Source of the DNA: Nymphon striatum
Taxonomy: Eukaryota
NCBI GenBank assembly: GCA_016618385.1
Contig: JABFOP010000159.1
Coordinates: forward strand, 566,555 to 630,554
Direction of reading: 5' to 3'
DNA length: 64,000 bases
Shown in pieces: positions 1 through 12,982 of the stretch. The position numbers and the translations under genes were made by a program. The notes beneath the pieces are model-generated. The model did not search any database. It was not told the origin of the DNA and worked only from the letters and a program-made list of their open reading frames with translations. Positions within the stretch are counted from its first letter, which is position 1; the number at the start of each line of letters is the position of its first letter.

Positions 1-3000
1 CTGGACCTCTCCACTCAAGTAACATCTTCACATATCGAAGATTTCCCTCCCAATAACAAGTCATTCATCCCATTTCCTGAACAGCTATCCTAGAAACACC
101 AAGACTTGTACATACTGATCTTAAATCCTGCTTCATCTATTATTGCTGTGGCCTGTGTGTATGTGAGAAATTTAGAGTATTTAACGCAAGTGGCCAAGGT
201 TTCACCTAATATATTAGAATATAATATTTAGAGAGAGTTGTGGTGACCATTATGTTTTTTTTTTGTTTTTTTCAAGGTTAGACAAAGTTTTGTTTCACCA
301 TCTCGGATATGTGAATGTGAAGTCACGGTCAAGAAGCAAGTGACAAAATACTAAGTTTGTATTCCCAATCGATAATCTATTCTTTTTGGAAGATAACTAT
401 AGAAGTACTATTATTTACTTTGTGCGTTGAATGATAAATTTCAGGAAAGTTATGTTCAGTAAATGGAAAGAATTAATCAGCCAGTACTCCGAAAAGGGGC
501 CAAATCTGCATTTAAGATTATTGATCTATAGACTTTTCTCATTGACCTCGTATTTATCGTTGAAACGGTGGCCAGAATAATGTTTTCAACGCACTTGCAT
601 TTTGTCCTCATATATTATGAACTCAAATTTAAATATATACATTAAAATGAGCTAACTCTATGCTTTAATTTGAGCCGTAGAATATGACACTGCTTCTCTC
701 CAGAGATATGAGTGACGAATTTAAGTTGTAAAGAAAGTACTTTTGTTTTGAGTGATCAAGTTGCATGACAACACGGCATAACTCATAGTGGGTACGTGAA
801 TGAAAACATTTTAAATTAAAAAATCTCCCCCCCCCTCCCTGGATAGAGCTTGAAGTAAATAAGAGAACAATGCCAATTTTATAGGAGGGTCATTCCATGT
901 CAAATCAACCAAAAATCGGAAGGTTTGACACCACACCATCTTAGAATTTGCTGATTTTTTGTGTACAAGCTCATATTCTCATATTCATGAAAGAAATTTA
1001 TGCTGAGAATTTCAGCTTCTAACGATGTACGGTTCCGAAGATATAGATACTTTAATCCAGGCCCTTTTTAGGCCCTTTTTCTCGGCGCCGTTCAAATATT
1101 GATCGAACCGCGTCACATAAATAGCTATAATTTCTGTTCTACTGGGGCTGTAGTCATAAAACTTTGTATTTGACTATTTGTGAGGCTGTAGAATCCAAAA
1201 ATAACACTTTAAACATCTTTAAAACATGTCTACTCAGTGAATTTTCCAATTTAAATAAATCTATAACTTTCTATTTATTTTCCGACAACCTCAACTAAAT
1301 GGCAAATATCTCAAGACGATGAAATAAAATTGCTCTGAACTTTTTTCCCATGTTAGCACATATAATAAACATCAACATATAAAAAAATTGAGGTGGTTAT
1401 TTTTGTTATAATGATTTAATAAACTTTAATAACTCTGGAAGTGCAGCAGATCGGAATCGACAGAGCTTCAAGTGTAAACCGCTGCTAGCATAGGTAGGGA
1501 CTTTTATATTTTTTCAAATATCAATGAAATAAAATTTAAATAGTTACATTAAAATGAGCTAACTCTAAGCTTTAATTTGAGGCATAGAACATGACATAAC
1601 ACTACTTAGTTCTCAAGATATGGTGAATTAAAGTTGTGAAAAATAGCACTTTTTCCTATCCATTTATATGACAACACGCATAGGCAAAAATGGCAAATTG
1701 CATGCATATTTCAAAGGGAAAAATAAACATTTTTAAAAAGAAAAAAAAGAAAAGAACAATTTACAAGTAACACAATTGCGAAAATTATTAATACTAAGTA
1801 ATAATTAACAAAAAAAGGTAATAATATCATTGACTTCTTCTAAAAATTGGGAAGCCGCTGCTAAGCACTGGTGTTCGCTATTTGGTTTTGGTAGACTTGG
1901 AAAGCAGCAGATGTTGACAGAGCAGCTTGAGCTAAAGACCGCTGCTAAGCACGAGCGTTTGGACCTGAGTTTGCCGTGGATGTTCGGGGGTACTCCGGGA
2001 CGGAATTTTGTACCTTGCGTCAACTACCCCGTAGAATTTTTACCGCTTAAATACCTCTTTTTTTTTTAGACTGGATTGGCAAAGAAATGATTTTCATATT
2101 CTTGCCGAGTGTTAAACTCTGCACCTATGTAAGTATTCATGGAAAACATCTGAATATATTTTCCTATAAAAAATAATTACCGAAAACTTGACCGCGCTGT
2201 TTAAATAATAAATTCCTGTCCTGTGCAGTTGAATTGGGGATCAATTGGGTATCTATGGCTGTCTGCTTTTAGAATTGACATTCATGAGAATCGGTGCTGG
2301 TCATTTCGCGACAACAAACAGACTTTTGCTGCATCAGCCTGCACGTTTTTTTTTTCCAGCCAAAAATCCATAGGCGGTTTTCCCGGTAACGAAAACGCAG
2401 CGTCCTCTCACGATTTGCAAGTACCTAGCATAGGGCAATCACGGAAATTCTACACTTTAGCTCTCCCAAAACTTAGATTAGCCTCTCGGACTTCAAAACG
2501 TCTCAGATGACATGTCACATCGCAACACATTTTACTCATAATTACACAAAATAAGAAGCGAAATCAGATATATCGGTCAGCCTACATAATGGGTTAAGTT
2601 AATAATTATAATGATGGATGGAAGATAATAATAACTGGGTATTATAACAGAACAAACCTTACCTAACCTATTCTGACCTAGGCTGATCTAGTTTACATGT
2701 AGTCCGAGAGATTTAAAAGTTTTGGGAGAGCTAAGGTGTAGAATCGCCGCAATCGCTACTGAAGTTCACCTCAGTTGTTAGGGGAACTCTGGGCTGGAAA
2801 TTTGTGCATTGTGCGAAAAAATCCCCTGCAAAATTGTTTCCGCTGGACTATCAAAAATATCATTTTCTTGTAGAACATTAAAATCTTGGTTTAAATAAGT
2901 ATTCATGGTAATCAGATAACACTAGTAAACTAAAGAAAATATGTACCCAACACTTGACCGCGTTGTTTAGACAAAAAATTCCTGTCGCGTGGAGCTGAAT

Positions 3001-4142
3001 TGGGTATCACTGTGTAGCTATGGCTGTCGTCTTTCAGAATTGACATTCATGCGAATCAGTGGAGGAACGATTTCACAACTAACAACTTTTGCTGTGATGT
3101 CAAGCAACTTTTTTATCACAAGAATCCATAAGCGATATTGTATCACCGATAAGCGCAGCACCCTTTTGGTTTTGTAAATACCTAGCTAATTTATTGTTTT
3201 TATTTTAAATAATTTTCTGTAACTTTGGAAAAAATTAGAGAAATTCATTGACTCGCACTCTTTATCTACTAAACTTCAATCAAATTTAAATTCATTTATT
3301 TCAGCAACAAGTACAGGTTACGACATTATAACAAAATTATAAAAATATTATAACAAGAAAAAAGTTGCCTAGGATGTTGGGAGGAACCGAAACGGTTTTC
3401 GAGCCCAGCGCCCTATAATTGTTGTTATTTAGTTAAGTGTTAGTGTTGTGAATAAGTGAATTTAAGTATAAAGAGAACAGAACAGATAAAAAAATACAAA
3501 TAGATATAATACAAAGGGGTTAAGGGAAGAGGAAAATAAGCGGGAGTTTGTGTTTGGAAATCGAACAATGAGATATTGGGGTAGTTAATGAAATTTTACA
3601 ATAAGTACAAGAGAAAGTAGAATAATATTCCTATTAAATAAAATTAAAATATTTTTCAGTATTTTGTTGACTTTTACGTCATTTGTCTCGGAGACCCATT
3701 CCTCAAGTCTGCATTTCTTTTCTTTTCTTATGTTCTATTTATTTTATCACTATTTAGTTATACGTTTATGAATGATTTCTTTTGATAAGTAAGTTGACAT
3801 GCAGTGGACTTTTAGCGGATTTTGGATATGTTATTCTAAATAAAATTGTGCTTCTTTTGATACCAAATTCATTAGTATTGGATTTTATTCCCGGTTTTCC
3901 TATTTATTGACCTAATTTTACTAGACTAGTAGTGCTGTCAGCAAGTTAGCATCTCTGCAATCACCATGTAGGAAAAAGTAAAAGGTATTGATGTGAACAG
4001 CAATATTTAATTGTGCTTATAAGAATGAAGCAAATATTTCATTTTGAGTTTTGAAAAGAATTTCTTACTTATTAGTTGTAATAATTGGCTAAAAAATTTG
4101 AAAAGAAAAAGAATGATGCTCACAATTTGTTTTTGATTTCAG

Positions 4143-4308
4143 ATATACAATGTGGCAGTTACGAAAGCGGAAAAATCTTAATTACACATATAGTGATGAT
4201 GATGATCCAGATGATCCTGATGCACTTTCTGACCTAAGTGACGATTCTAATTCATCTGAGTTGGATAGTGACTCAGAAAAGGAGAGGCAAAGAAAGAAGA
4301 AGTTATCT
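4143..4308 (+). CDS. Candidate internal coding exon (acidic/Ser-rich, ...SDDDDPDDPDALSDLSDDSNSSELDSDSEKERQRKKKLS). Bounded by acceptor tttgatttcAG and donor TCT|gtaatc, ending in phase 0.
   Basis: ORF track 4150-4335. Canonical splice sites seen in sequence. Phase is compatible with the next candidate exon at 6763. Confidence 0.3.
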
Positions 4309-4485
4309 GTAATCAAATTTTTATTTCATATATGATTAACGCATTCCGATGCATTCATTTTCTGTTACTAGGAAATTAGCCTAAGTACTAGATGAGATTC
4401 AACCAAGAGAATTGTGGAATTTAGAAGACCATATTCACACAATTAGGGAAATCTGCCCTAAAATATCATTTACCACCATGCCTAC

Positions 4486-4950
4486 TGTATATACAGGCGT
4501 ATAAGACGACCCCCCAAATTTCACTCTAATTTTTTGGTTTTATCTCATATCGGGCGCATTAGACGACCTCCCAAAAAGCTGTGGTTAAAATTTTACATTT
4601 TCTGAAAATAGATATAAATTGTAAAGTAAACAAAAAATAAAGGAAAAAACCCAGTGGAAAAACCCCAGTAAAATTTTGACAAAAACAAAATTTAACAAAC
4701 AAAACTGAAGTAGAACTCACAAAAAATAACAACACATGAAAAAAGTGAAAAAGTCCACTCCTTTTGACGCAAAAAGCCTTAAAAACTAACTCTGACCATT
4801 TCTCGACCTCATTCCAATTTGCTGATTGCTGATTCATCATTTAGTAAAAAATATCACAATTTTATAATTTTTGGGTCGGGCGCATAAGACGACCCCTTGT
4901 TTTTGAAGTTTTTTTGGGTTGTTCAAGGGTCATCTTATACACCTGTATAT
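4486..4950. mobile_element. Small non-autonomous TIR element (~465 bp) in the intron. Termini CTGTATATACAGGCGTATAAGACGACCCC / GGGTCATCTTATACACCTGTATATACGG. A subterminal direct repeat gggcgcat(t/a)agacgacc is present.
   Basis: ~28-bp terminal inverted repeat seen in sequence. TSD not resolved. Confidence 0.4.
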
Positions 4951-6762
4951 ACGGTAAATGTTTCATCATAAGAGGCTTTCAAATTAGTCTAGAATCAGCC
5001 CACTCTCAAAATATGTGGGTGTCCAAATGAAATCAGCAAGTATAGTGTAGTCATAATAAGCTAAAATATTATCCTAACCAGAAAATAATTATGATATAAA
5101 CTAATTAGGTATCAAAAGAAGCTCACTTTTGTGTAGATAAAACATATCCAAAACCCGCTTAAAAGTCTTTGAGAAAAATATTTACAGCGATTTATATCAT
5201 GGGGAGTATTTCAGTGAAAATTAGCAAAATTCAAAATTAACTTTCTGTTGACTCTAATGCTGCTATTAATTACAGAGTAACAATATTTTACATAAAAATA
5301 TAATTTATTATTCATATAACGTTATCACATGATCTCTGAGTAATTTACAGACCAGATTAAGTATATTTTACAGAACATTTTACGGTAACATTTTTTTTCT
5401 TTGTGTATCTGATTTAAAGTAAAGCACAATCAAACCAATATAGGTTACTTTATTTTCTACACATTACTATAATAGCACACAGGAAATCTATACATGTGAA
5501 CTGAGATTGGTCTCCCTGTGGACCTCTCCCCTCCCCCATTAGTACGGTACTGCATCCCCTGAAGCTTGATCTCTTGGCACTGACATAGCTGCCAACTCTC
5601 CCGGATCCTGCGGGAGACTCCCGCAAAATATCCCTGTCTCTTGGATTTCAATGTTTTTAATGAGAATTTTGTAAAATTTTATTTTTGCAATGTTTTATCA
5701 TCAAAATTCTTCTTTTTGAAATCAAACTAAGAGAAAAAACTAAAATATTATGTGGTGATCGACTGCCACTGTGTTAAATGTCGAGTAAAATTGATGGAAC
5801 ATAAAAATATGCAGCTGTGTTTGTTTGCCACGTCTACAGTTTCTGTTTGATTAAATCAAAATTTGGTGACTTTTCCTAAAATATTATACCAAAAATTTTG
5901 CTATGAAATTTGAATACATTTGTCTATTCTTGTTGCCATAACAACCAATAAATGGCATGCATGTTTTTCATATTTTGGAGTTTTTTGGTTTTCTTGATAT
6001 GAACAAGTCTAAAATGTAATTGCTCAGGAATCATATAAATATTATGTTTCATTCTAGGAATACTACTTTCAAAAAAGTTCTTTTGTTTTCTTTGTTTTGT
6101 ATGAAAAAATGGCGCTAAAACAATAAAAATAATTAAAAATATTTAAAAAATTCTGTGAAAGGCCAATAATAAAAAATTGTTTGTTTAGGGTAACCCGACC
6201 GACCGTAAAAAATGGCCCGACTCATATTTTTTTTTTCCAACTTTTTTGAGTGAAATAATTTTATTTCAACTGTAGCAAAAAACCAAATATTATCGGTAAT
6301 TCCCCCCCCCCCCCCATTGTTTGATTGAAGCGATGTAAGCCAATCTCACTCAAGTATCGTGAGAGGAGGAAATAAAAAAATAAAAAAAACTGACCGACCC
6401 ACATTTTTCATGTGATGGATGTCATCATAATCGATTATCTGTGATTAATAAATTTAATCTTGTATTTTTACCTATGGCATTTTTCCCTTTGGTATTTTTT
6501 TGGCACCGAATTGACCTAGACCCATGTTGAAGATGATGATGATGAAATATGTGTGTTTATATTCCTTAATCCGTAATCCTGTTTCTTTTTTGCGAATTTT
6601 ACTTTCATTTATTAATCTTTATCCCATGTACGTCTGTAAATTCTTGGTTTTTATTAGCACTTGTTACTGAGCACTTATTTATTTCTTTAATAAATTATCT
6701 TTTTTAAAAATGTATTTTCGAAATTTTTTTCTAATTCTCAATCTCATGTATATTTCATTTAG

Positions 6763-7367
6763 ATCAATGACCCTGAAGTTGAAATAATAAAAGTGAAGAA
6801 AGCATCTTCTGCTTTTCCTGAAAATGGTTTACCTGAACATTCGAAGAATAAAAATGTTTCCAAACAAGACTCTATTACTATTATCCCGGTACCTGAAAAA
6901 ATGAAGAACGATAAAGTTTCTGCAGAATGCTCAAGTAGTAAAGTTCAAGTTCAAGCACCTGAACAATTAAAAAATAAAGAAGTTTCCAATAAAGACTTGA
7001 GTGATGAAATTCAAATACTTAAACAATCTAAAGATAATCCAGCTTTCAAAGGAGAATCGAGTCGTAAAGCTCAATTACTGGAACAATCAAAGGATACTGA
7101 AGCATCCAAAAAAGAGTCGGGTCTTAACATTAAAGTTACTGAAAAATCAAAAAATATCGAAGTTTCCAAGAAAGACTTCGAGTAGTAAGGTTCCTGCGAA
7201 ATCGAAAGATGATAATTTGAAAAGAAAATCAACTGGTAAAGTCGAGGTACTTTTCACTGACAGTGCAGAAGCTAACGATTCTAATAAACCTTTTACCTCT
7301 GAATCAAACCAACAAGAATGTGGTGACATTTCAGAATTGGGATATGAATCTTTCACTGATGACTCAG
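6763..7367 (+). CDS. Candidate internal coding exon. Lys-rich repeated KVxEKSKNxEVSKKD-like peptide, then an acidic tail ...FTDDS. Acceptor tttcatttAG|ATC, donor CAG|gtaaat. An apparent 1-nt frameshift lies near 7170-7190 (TAG TAA in frame 1, frame 2 continues).
   Basis: Two overlapping ORFs (6793-7185 frame 1, 7001-7396 frame 2) with the same composition. Splice sites read from sequence. The exon ends in phase 1 (g), and joining to 12963 (at) restores the frame of the big ORF. Confidence 0.3.
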
Positions 7368-8699
7368 GTAAATTGATTTTACAATTTTTTGTGTAACAGG
7401 CCTTAAATTTTAACATTTTAGGGGCTATACTAGGCCACTTTGGCATTGAAGAACTCAAAATTTGTAAGGGCACCAAGGCCAAAAAATACACGGCGTGTTT
7501 TGTTTGTCAGTCGGGGAACAAAATTAGTATAGCGGACAGATGGTCACAGTTTTAAAGCAATTTTACAGAAAAAAAACCACGACAGCCAACCATGAAATAC
7601 ACTGGCCGTTATGAGGGTAATTTCTCAAAGGGCTCCTCGGCCAGTAAGAAAGGCCACATTCGCCTTTAAATTTAAGCCCTGAAGTTGTGAATATTCAGTG
7701 TTTGCAAAAGCATGATGTATTTATAAAATATTTCCTGAAAAATATGTTCAAAAATATATAAAAATTGGCATAGGCTGGTTATGGTTGAAAGAGCACCTAT
7801 GCAGATGCCTCTATATAGCTGCTCTGTAGCCTTATAGTCAGGTCAATATATGAAAATTATGGCTGAACCCCAAAATAATTTATACAAAAGGTTCCCAAAA
7901 AAAAGTCTCCAAAAATTTACCTCTGGGAAGGTGGTTAATTTGCATAAGTTCAAGATGATGACCCATTAAACTTTCAATGTACTACAAACTTTTCACTGGA
8001 TCAATTTAGACCCTATACATGTACTAACAGATGGAAACATGATGCCTATGGGGGATCCCGGCCAAAGCTGGCGTCTCATCATGCAAGTTTATGTAGTCTA
8101 CACTTCCCCTTACTTCAATGCTTATTCAATACCAGGTTGGTTGTTTTCATCAAAATCCTGGTCAGTGAAAGGCACTGCACTTGCACACAACGTGACCTTA
8201 CCTGCACCTTACACACAACTGAGTTGCGTGTAGGCTGCTATCTATCTCTTTTGATAACCTGCACCACTTCTGTCGTACAGCAGGATCTGTTGGGAATTTA
8301 TGTACTCCATTCCAATTATGGCACCCGGGAACAGAACAGTCAGTACAACAGTACGTTGGCATTTCAAAAAGTTACTATCATATGACCGCTTAGTATACAC
8401 ACTGATATACACACAAATAATGGCATATAGGAAACTCACATGACCGCATGCCTACTTTTGCCCCCTGGTGTCGAGTCGGCTGGGTTGCCCCATTAACAAA
8501 ATAGACATATCAAAATTGTTGTGACGTCAAATTGATGTCACGTGACATCTTAGGTGCAATTTACTGCAAATAATGCCCCAAAAGTTTTAACAGGCCGCTA
8601 TCTGAATTATTTTATAGAAGCGTTATCTTTTAATTCCTTGCCAAGAAGCATGTGAAATTTTGTTTTTTTTTTTTTTTTTTTTTTTTTGGACATAAACCT

Positions 8700-9345
8700 T
8701 CTGCAAGCGAAAAAATTCATTTTCGTACATGATCTATGAATGGCTATAACTCGCCCAAATTATGAAGAATCGTTTAAAGTTTATATCATTGTCTTCCTTA
8801 CTTTAAGCTCTATAACGTGAACAAATTTTTAATTCGATTACGATTAATAGGTGACTAAAAATCGACTTTTTAATCAAATGACAAATGAAATTTAAGCGTA
8901 AACCTTCATTTTCATACCTGATATAAGAATGGCTGTAACTCGCCGACATTTTGGAGGATTGTTTCAAGACACACATCGTTGTCTTCCTTACTTCAAGCTC
9001 AATATATAACATGCACAATATTTAAATTTGATTACGAACACTAGGCAACTCACAATCGACTTTTTAATCGCATGACAAATGAAATTCAGGTGAAAACCTT
9101 CATTTTCATACATGATCTAAGATTGACTATAACTTGCCCAAATGCAGGACGATTGTTTCAAGACACACATCGTTGTCCTCCTTACTTTAAGCTCTATAAC
9201 GTTAAAGAAATTTAAATTCGATCAAGATCAATAGGCGACTCATAATTCGACTTTTTAATCGAATGACAAATTAAATTCAAGCCGGAACGTTCATTTTCAT
9301 ACATGATCTAAGAATGACTATAACTCCAGACATGCCAACTATTCC
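8700..9345. repeat. Satellite-like tandem repeat, ~183-bp unit × ~3.5 (ttcattttcatacatgatctaagaatggctataactcgcc...gacaaatgaaattcaagc).
   Basis: Unit starts at ~8713, 8905, 9087 and 9270 (spacings 192/182/183 bp). About 85-90% identity between units. Confidence 0.8.
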
Positions 9346-10201
9346 GATATCGCTGTAATCATTACGTTTTCAGGCCAATGAATACAGTGTTACGCTGGTC
9401 AACAGAAAAATACGATTTGGAAGATATTTCGTTTTTTTGTTTTTTGTTTTTTTTTGAAAACTTTTTTTTGTTGACATTTTAAAAAATTTCAGAAATCAAC
9501 GAAGCGGTTCTTTTATTCATTACTTATTACAAACAAATTTATTTATGTTTGATATTTTGACATTATCTATGTATGAAGAAGTTAAGATCAGGATCATGTT
9601 TTCTCTTAACTATAGGTTCATGAAAATGTATTGCATTTTCAAATATGTATTACTGGGATAGCAGCTAGAGATCAGATATCAATCACTGTAAAAACGGAAT
9701 GGTTGTTTTAACCAATAAGTTGGTTGGTTCAGACATTGGATCTAAAACAACCAAAAGAGTTGTGCATAGTCTGTAGAGAATAAATAAATCATTTAATAAA
9801 ATAGATAAAACGTTTCGGCTTCATAACAGCCATCGTCAGAAAACAAATGAAACTGATTTAATTGAAGGTAGTAATTGATGGTATATGTGGGGAAAAAAAA
9901 GAAAAAAAGGAAAAGAAAGGAATATATTAAATAACTGAAAAGACTATTAAAATTGTAAAAGTAGCCTGAAAGCAGACTGCGGTTGCGGTATTATGCGGTA
10001 TTATTTTTAATCAAGTTATGGAAAAATTCATCTTTAGACTAGAATAAATAAATAATATATTAAATATAAGGACTACAATAATATATTATCACAATATTTA
10101 TTTGAAAGTCGGAGTTTCCATTACCTTGTTTTTTTTATTTTTATTTTCTCCAGGTATATTTTAGTGTGTTATTGCATAATTATATTTTACTGTATGGCTA
10201 T

Positions 10202-11483
10202 CAGGGCTCGAAATTAGCAGTTGTCCGCTTGTCCCGGACAAGTCAAAATTGAGAAGGACAACCAACCTCTGTCACTGCAGTTGTTCAGGGACAAGTACTC
10301 AAATATTGTGTTGTTCTCGTAACAGGCTGTTAACTAGGAATTGAGAACAGGCCGTCCAAATTTACTAGGGGGAGGAGGGTCCATTTTTTTTTTTTTTTTT
10401 TTTTTTTTCTATATTTAGACTTAATCTTTTCATTTTTCTTGAATTTTGAAATTCCTCATTGAAATAAAATATAAACATTTTAACTTTTAATTAAGGTTCT
10501 AATGCCTAAAATGGAATGAACGACTGGTTACATGTAGGCATGTGCAATAAAGAAACTAGTTACATTTGAAGAATTTCTATATTCACACTTACATAAAGTC
10601 AAGTTATAACTAAATCAAAAGAGAAGTGAAATGGTTGGTGCTTTAATTCCGTATAAAGGAAATCTAAGCAAAGCTGTCATTTGTTACTTAGACAGGGGGC
10701 GGACTTGGCCAGACACACCCCTACCCCTATTAACACTATGTAACACTAGTGTGGACACCACACCCCTCCGGCATTACGTAATTTCTGAATGGCCCCTAAG
10801 CTGTAACAATGTTAAAATTAGAAAATAAAATTGAAAATAAAAAAAAAAACTAAAGCAAAACTCCTATCCTGAAGTAAAATCATCACTTGGAGTGAGTGAG
10901 ATCTCCGTAGAATAAAGAAAAATGATTTTTATTTTATTTAGCGCAATATATATTTTTAAAAAAGAAGAAAAATGGTTCCTTCTTCCTGTGAGGTAATCTT
11001 TTCTGAGTTTCGAAATAGACTAATCCAAAAAAGGGGGCCAGCTTATTATGTACGCACGCAAACGGTCTTCCAAACTTCGTGTATTTTACTGTTTCTTTGG
11101 AATAAAATTCCATGTACAACATCAGGATTTTAGAGGACGATATTGGACAGCTTATATAAACGAGTATAAAATATATTTATTATTTGGGCGCCTTATATAG
11201 ATTATAAGAGGACGGCCTAGGACAGCAATTTCGATATATTTTGGCCGTCTACTTTCGTGACTTGGCCGCCCCAAGGACGGCTGGACGTATAGCTGGCTAA
11301 CAGCCTGTCTCGTAATAAGTTACACAAATTCATAAATTAGGTGAACTGGTCAATTTAAGCAACCCTTTGAGAGCAGGAATCTTAACAAATCTTGGGGCAA
11401 GCAATTTTATTTTGGGACAACTAAATGATTATAGGTGCTTGTCCCTGGGACAACCACCTCTAAAATTTTAATTTCGAGCCCTG
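10202..11483. mobile_element. Non-autonomous DNA transposon (~1.28 kb). Perfect 15-bp termini CAGGGCTCGAAATTA, imperfect ~170-bp subterminal TIRs, flanked by the 5-bp direct duplication GCTAT (10197-10201 / 11484-11488).
   Basis: Inverted termini and TSD read directly. A subterminal segment (ttacacaaattcataaattaggtgaactggtcaatttaagcaaccctttgagagca) recurs at 21880-21950, so this is a dispersed family. No transposase ORF. Confidence 0.6.
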
Positions 11484-11654
11484 GCTATGTAAGCTGCTTT
11501 GTTTTTTTTTATAAATAAAGTTTGTATAAAATGAATTTAATGCTTGTGCTTGGACTAATCTGGAATTCTAGTGAATCGCTGTGGACGTTTCGAAAAAATT
11601 AGGCAAGCGGAGTGAGCCAAAATTTTTTTCCTTTTATTTTATTATTTGTCTGTC

Positions 11655-12560
11655 TCATGTATTATGGATGGTTTTATTTAGATCCCTCTTTTCTAATAAG
11701 TCCTCATTATTTCTTATAATAAGGTCATTCCTATGATTCATTAGTGCTAAAGTTGTGGCAGAAAACTTATTCAGCGATTGACTGCAAGTTAGATTTGCTT
11801 TTTTCGCTGCATCTTTCATGGTCTTAATTAATTGGGAGTTTGCCTGATCTACATCTTCATCTATTTCAACTAAAACCTGAAAACTGTTGATTAATTCCAA
11901 TCTATATTGGTCTATTTGGTCCTGCGTGGCAACATCCGGTATGTGCCTTTTCATATCAGTTTTCTGCAATCATACTTGACATTTATGCATAGGGTCGCTT
12001 CCTGTAACTCGGTTCAAAGCCTCTATGTTGGTCAGTTTAGTATGTTTATTAGCTAAGATATAATCTACTTGATTTTTAGCTCTATTGCCCAAGTCCATTT
12101 ATGACTGTCTGATTTCTGGAAAAAAAATATTCATTATTCTGAAATTGTGGGATAAAAATTTTATTAAGGTCTGTCCTTTGTCATTTCGGTCTCCAAGACC
12201 GAAGTTACCTATACAGTCTTCCCCTATCTGTTTATCACCTACTTTGGCATTAAAATCTATAATCAAAGTGTAATAACTGTTTTTATTATTTATTAATGGT
12301 TTTAATTTAAGTCGTCATAGAATTTATTTATTTATTTCGACTACTGTGGATTCTGACGTAGATGCATATACCTGAATAATGGTTAGGGTGTGTCTACTGC
12401 TAATTTTTAATTTATTAATTTATTATTTATTATTTATTATTTCTAATTTATCTGTCTCATGTATAGTAGTAGCATATAGCAGCGTAGTAGTATATCCCAA
12501 TGTGGTTGCAGGTTCCATCTTGTCAAGCGATGAAAGGAAAATGTGTGAAGAATCACGTCA
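11655..12560 (-). mobile_element. 5' fragment of a non-LTR retrotransposon: APE-type endonuclease C-terminal half plus the EN-RT linker (IQVYA.TS, DFNAKVG, GNFGLGDRNDKGQTLIKF, VDYILANK, SDPMH, then NSFQVLVEIDEDVD...). No RT or 3' end is present.
   Basis: Minus-strand translation of 11655-12400 gives the characteristic LINE endonuclease motifs (ORF 11655-11969 plus upstream frames). Bounded by ~20-bp direct repeats ttatttRtctgtctcatgtat at ~11640-11668 and ~12433-12460. Confidence 0.55.
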
Positions 12561-12982
12561 GGGTCACCAATTATATATTTTTCGCAAGGTTGAACAATTA
12601 AAGAGTTTGTGAAGTTGCTTGAAGAGATGGAATGAATAAATCTTGAAAGTTGAATTTAAAGTTATATATACAGATTTATTCTTGGTTTAAAATGTTACCA
12701 TTACAGCAGCAATTGACCAGACATTTCCGAAAACATAGCGTCTGTTTACGGTGCGCGGTATAATATTTTATTAGGTCAGTATCAGCCTTCAAAAATTGTT
12801 ATGATGTTATTACACGTGTTGTAGATCAATCAATGTAATAACACAAATATTAAACGATATTATGCACTTGATAACACCTTTGTTATGAGATAAATATATA
12901 TTATTATATCTACGTTATTCAGTATGAAACTATCAACTCATGTTAAGAATTTTTTATTTCAGATGCAGATGGTGAAACTGAA

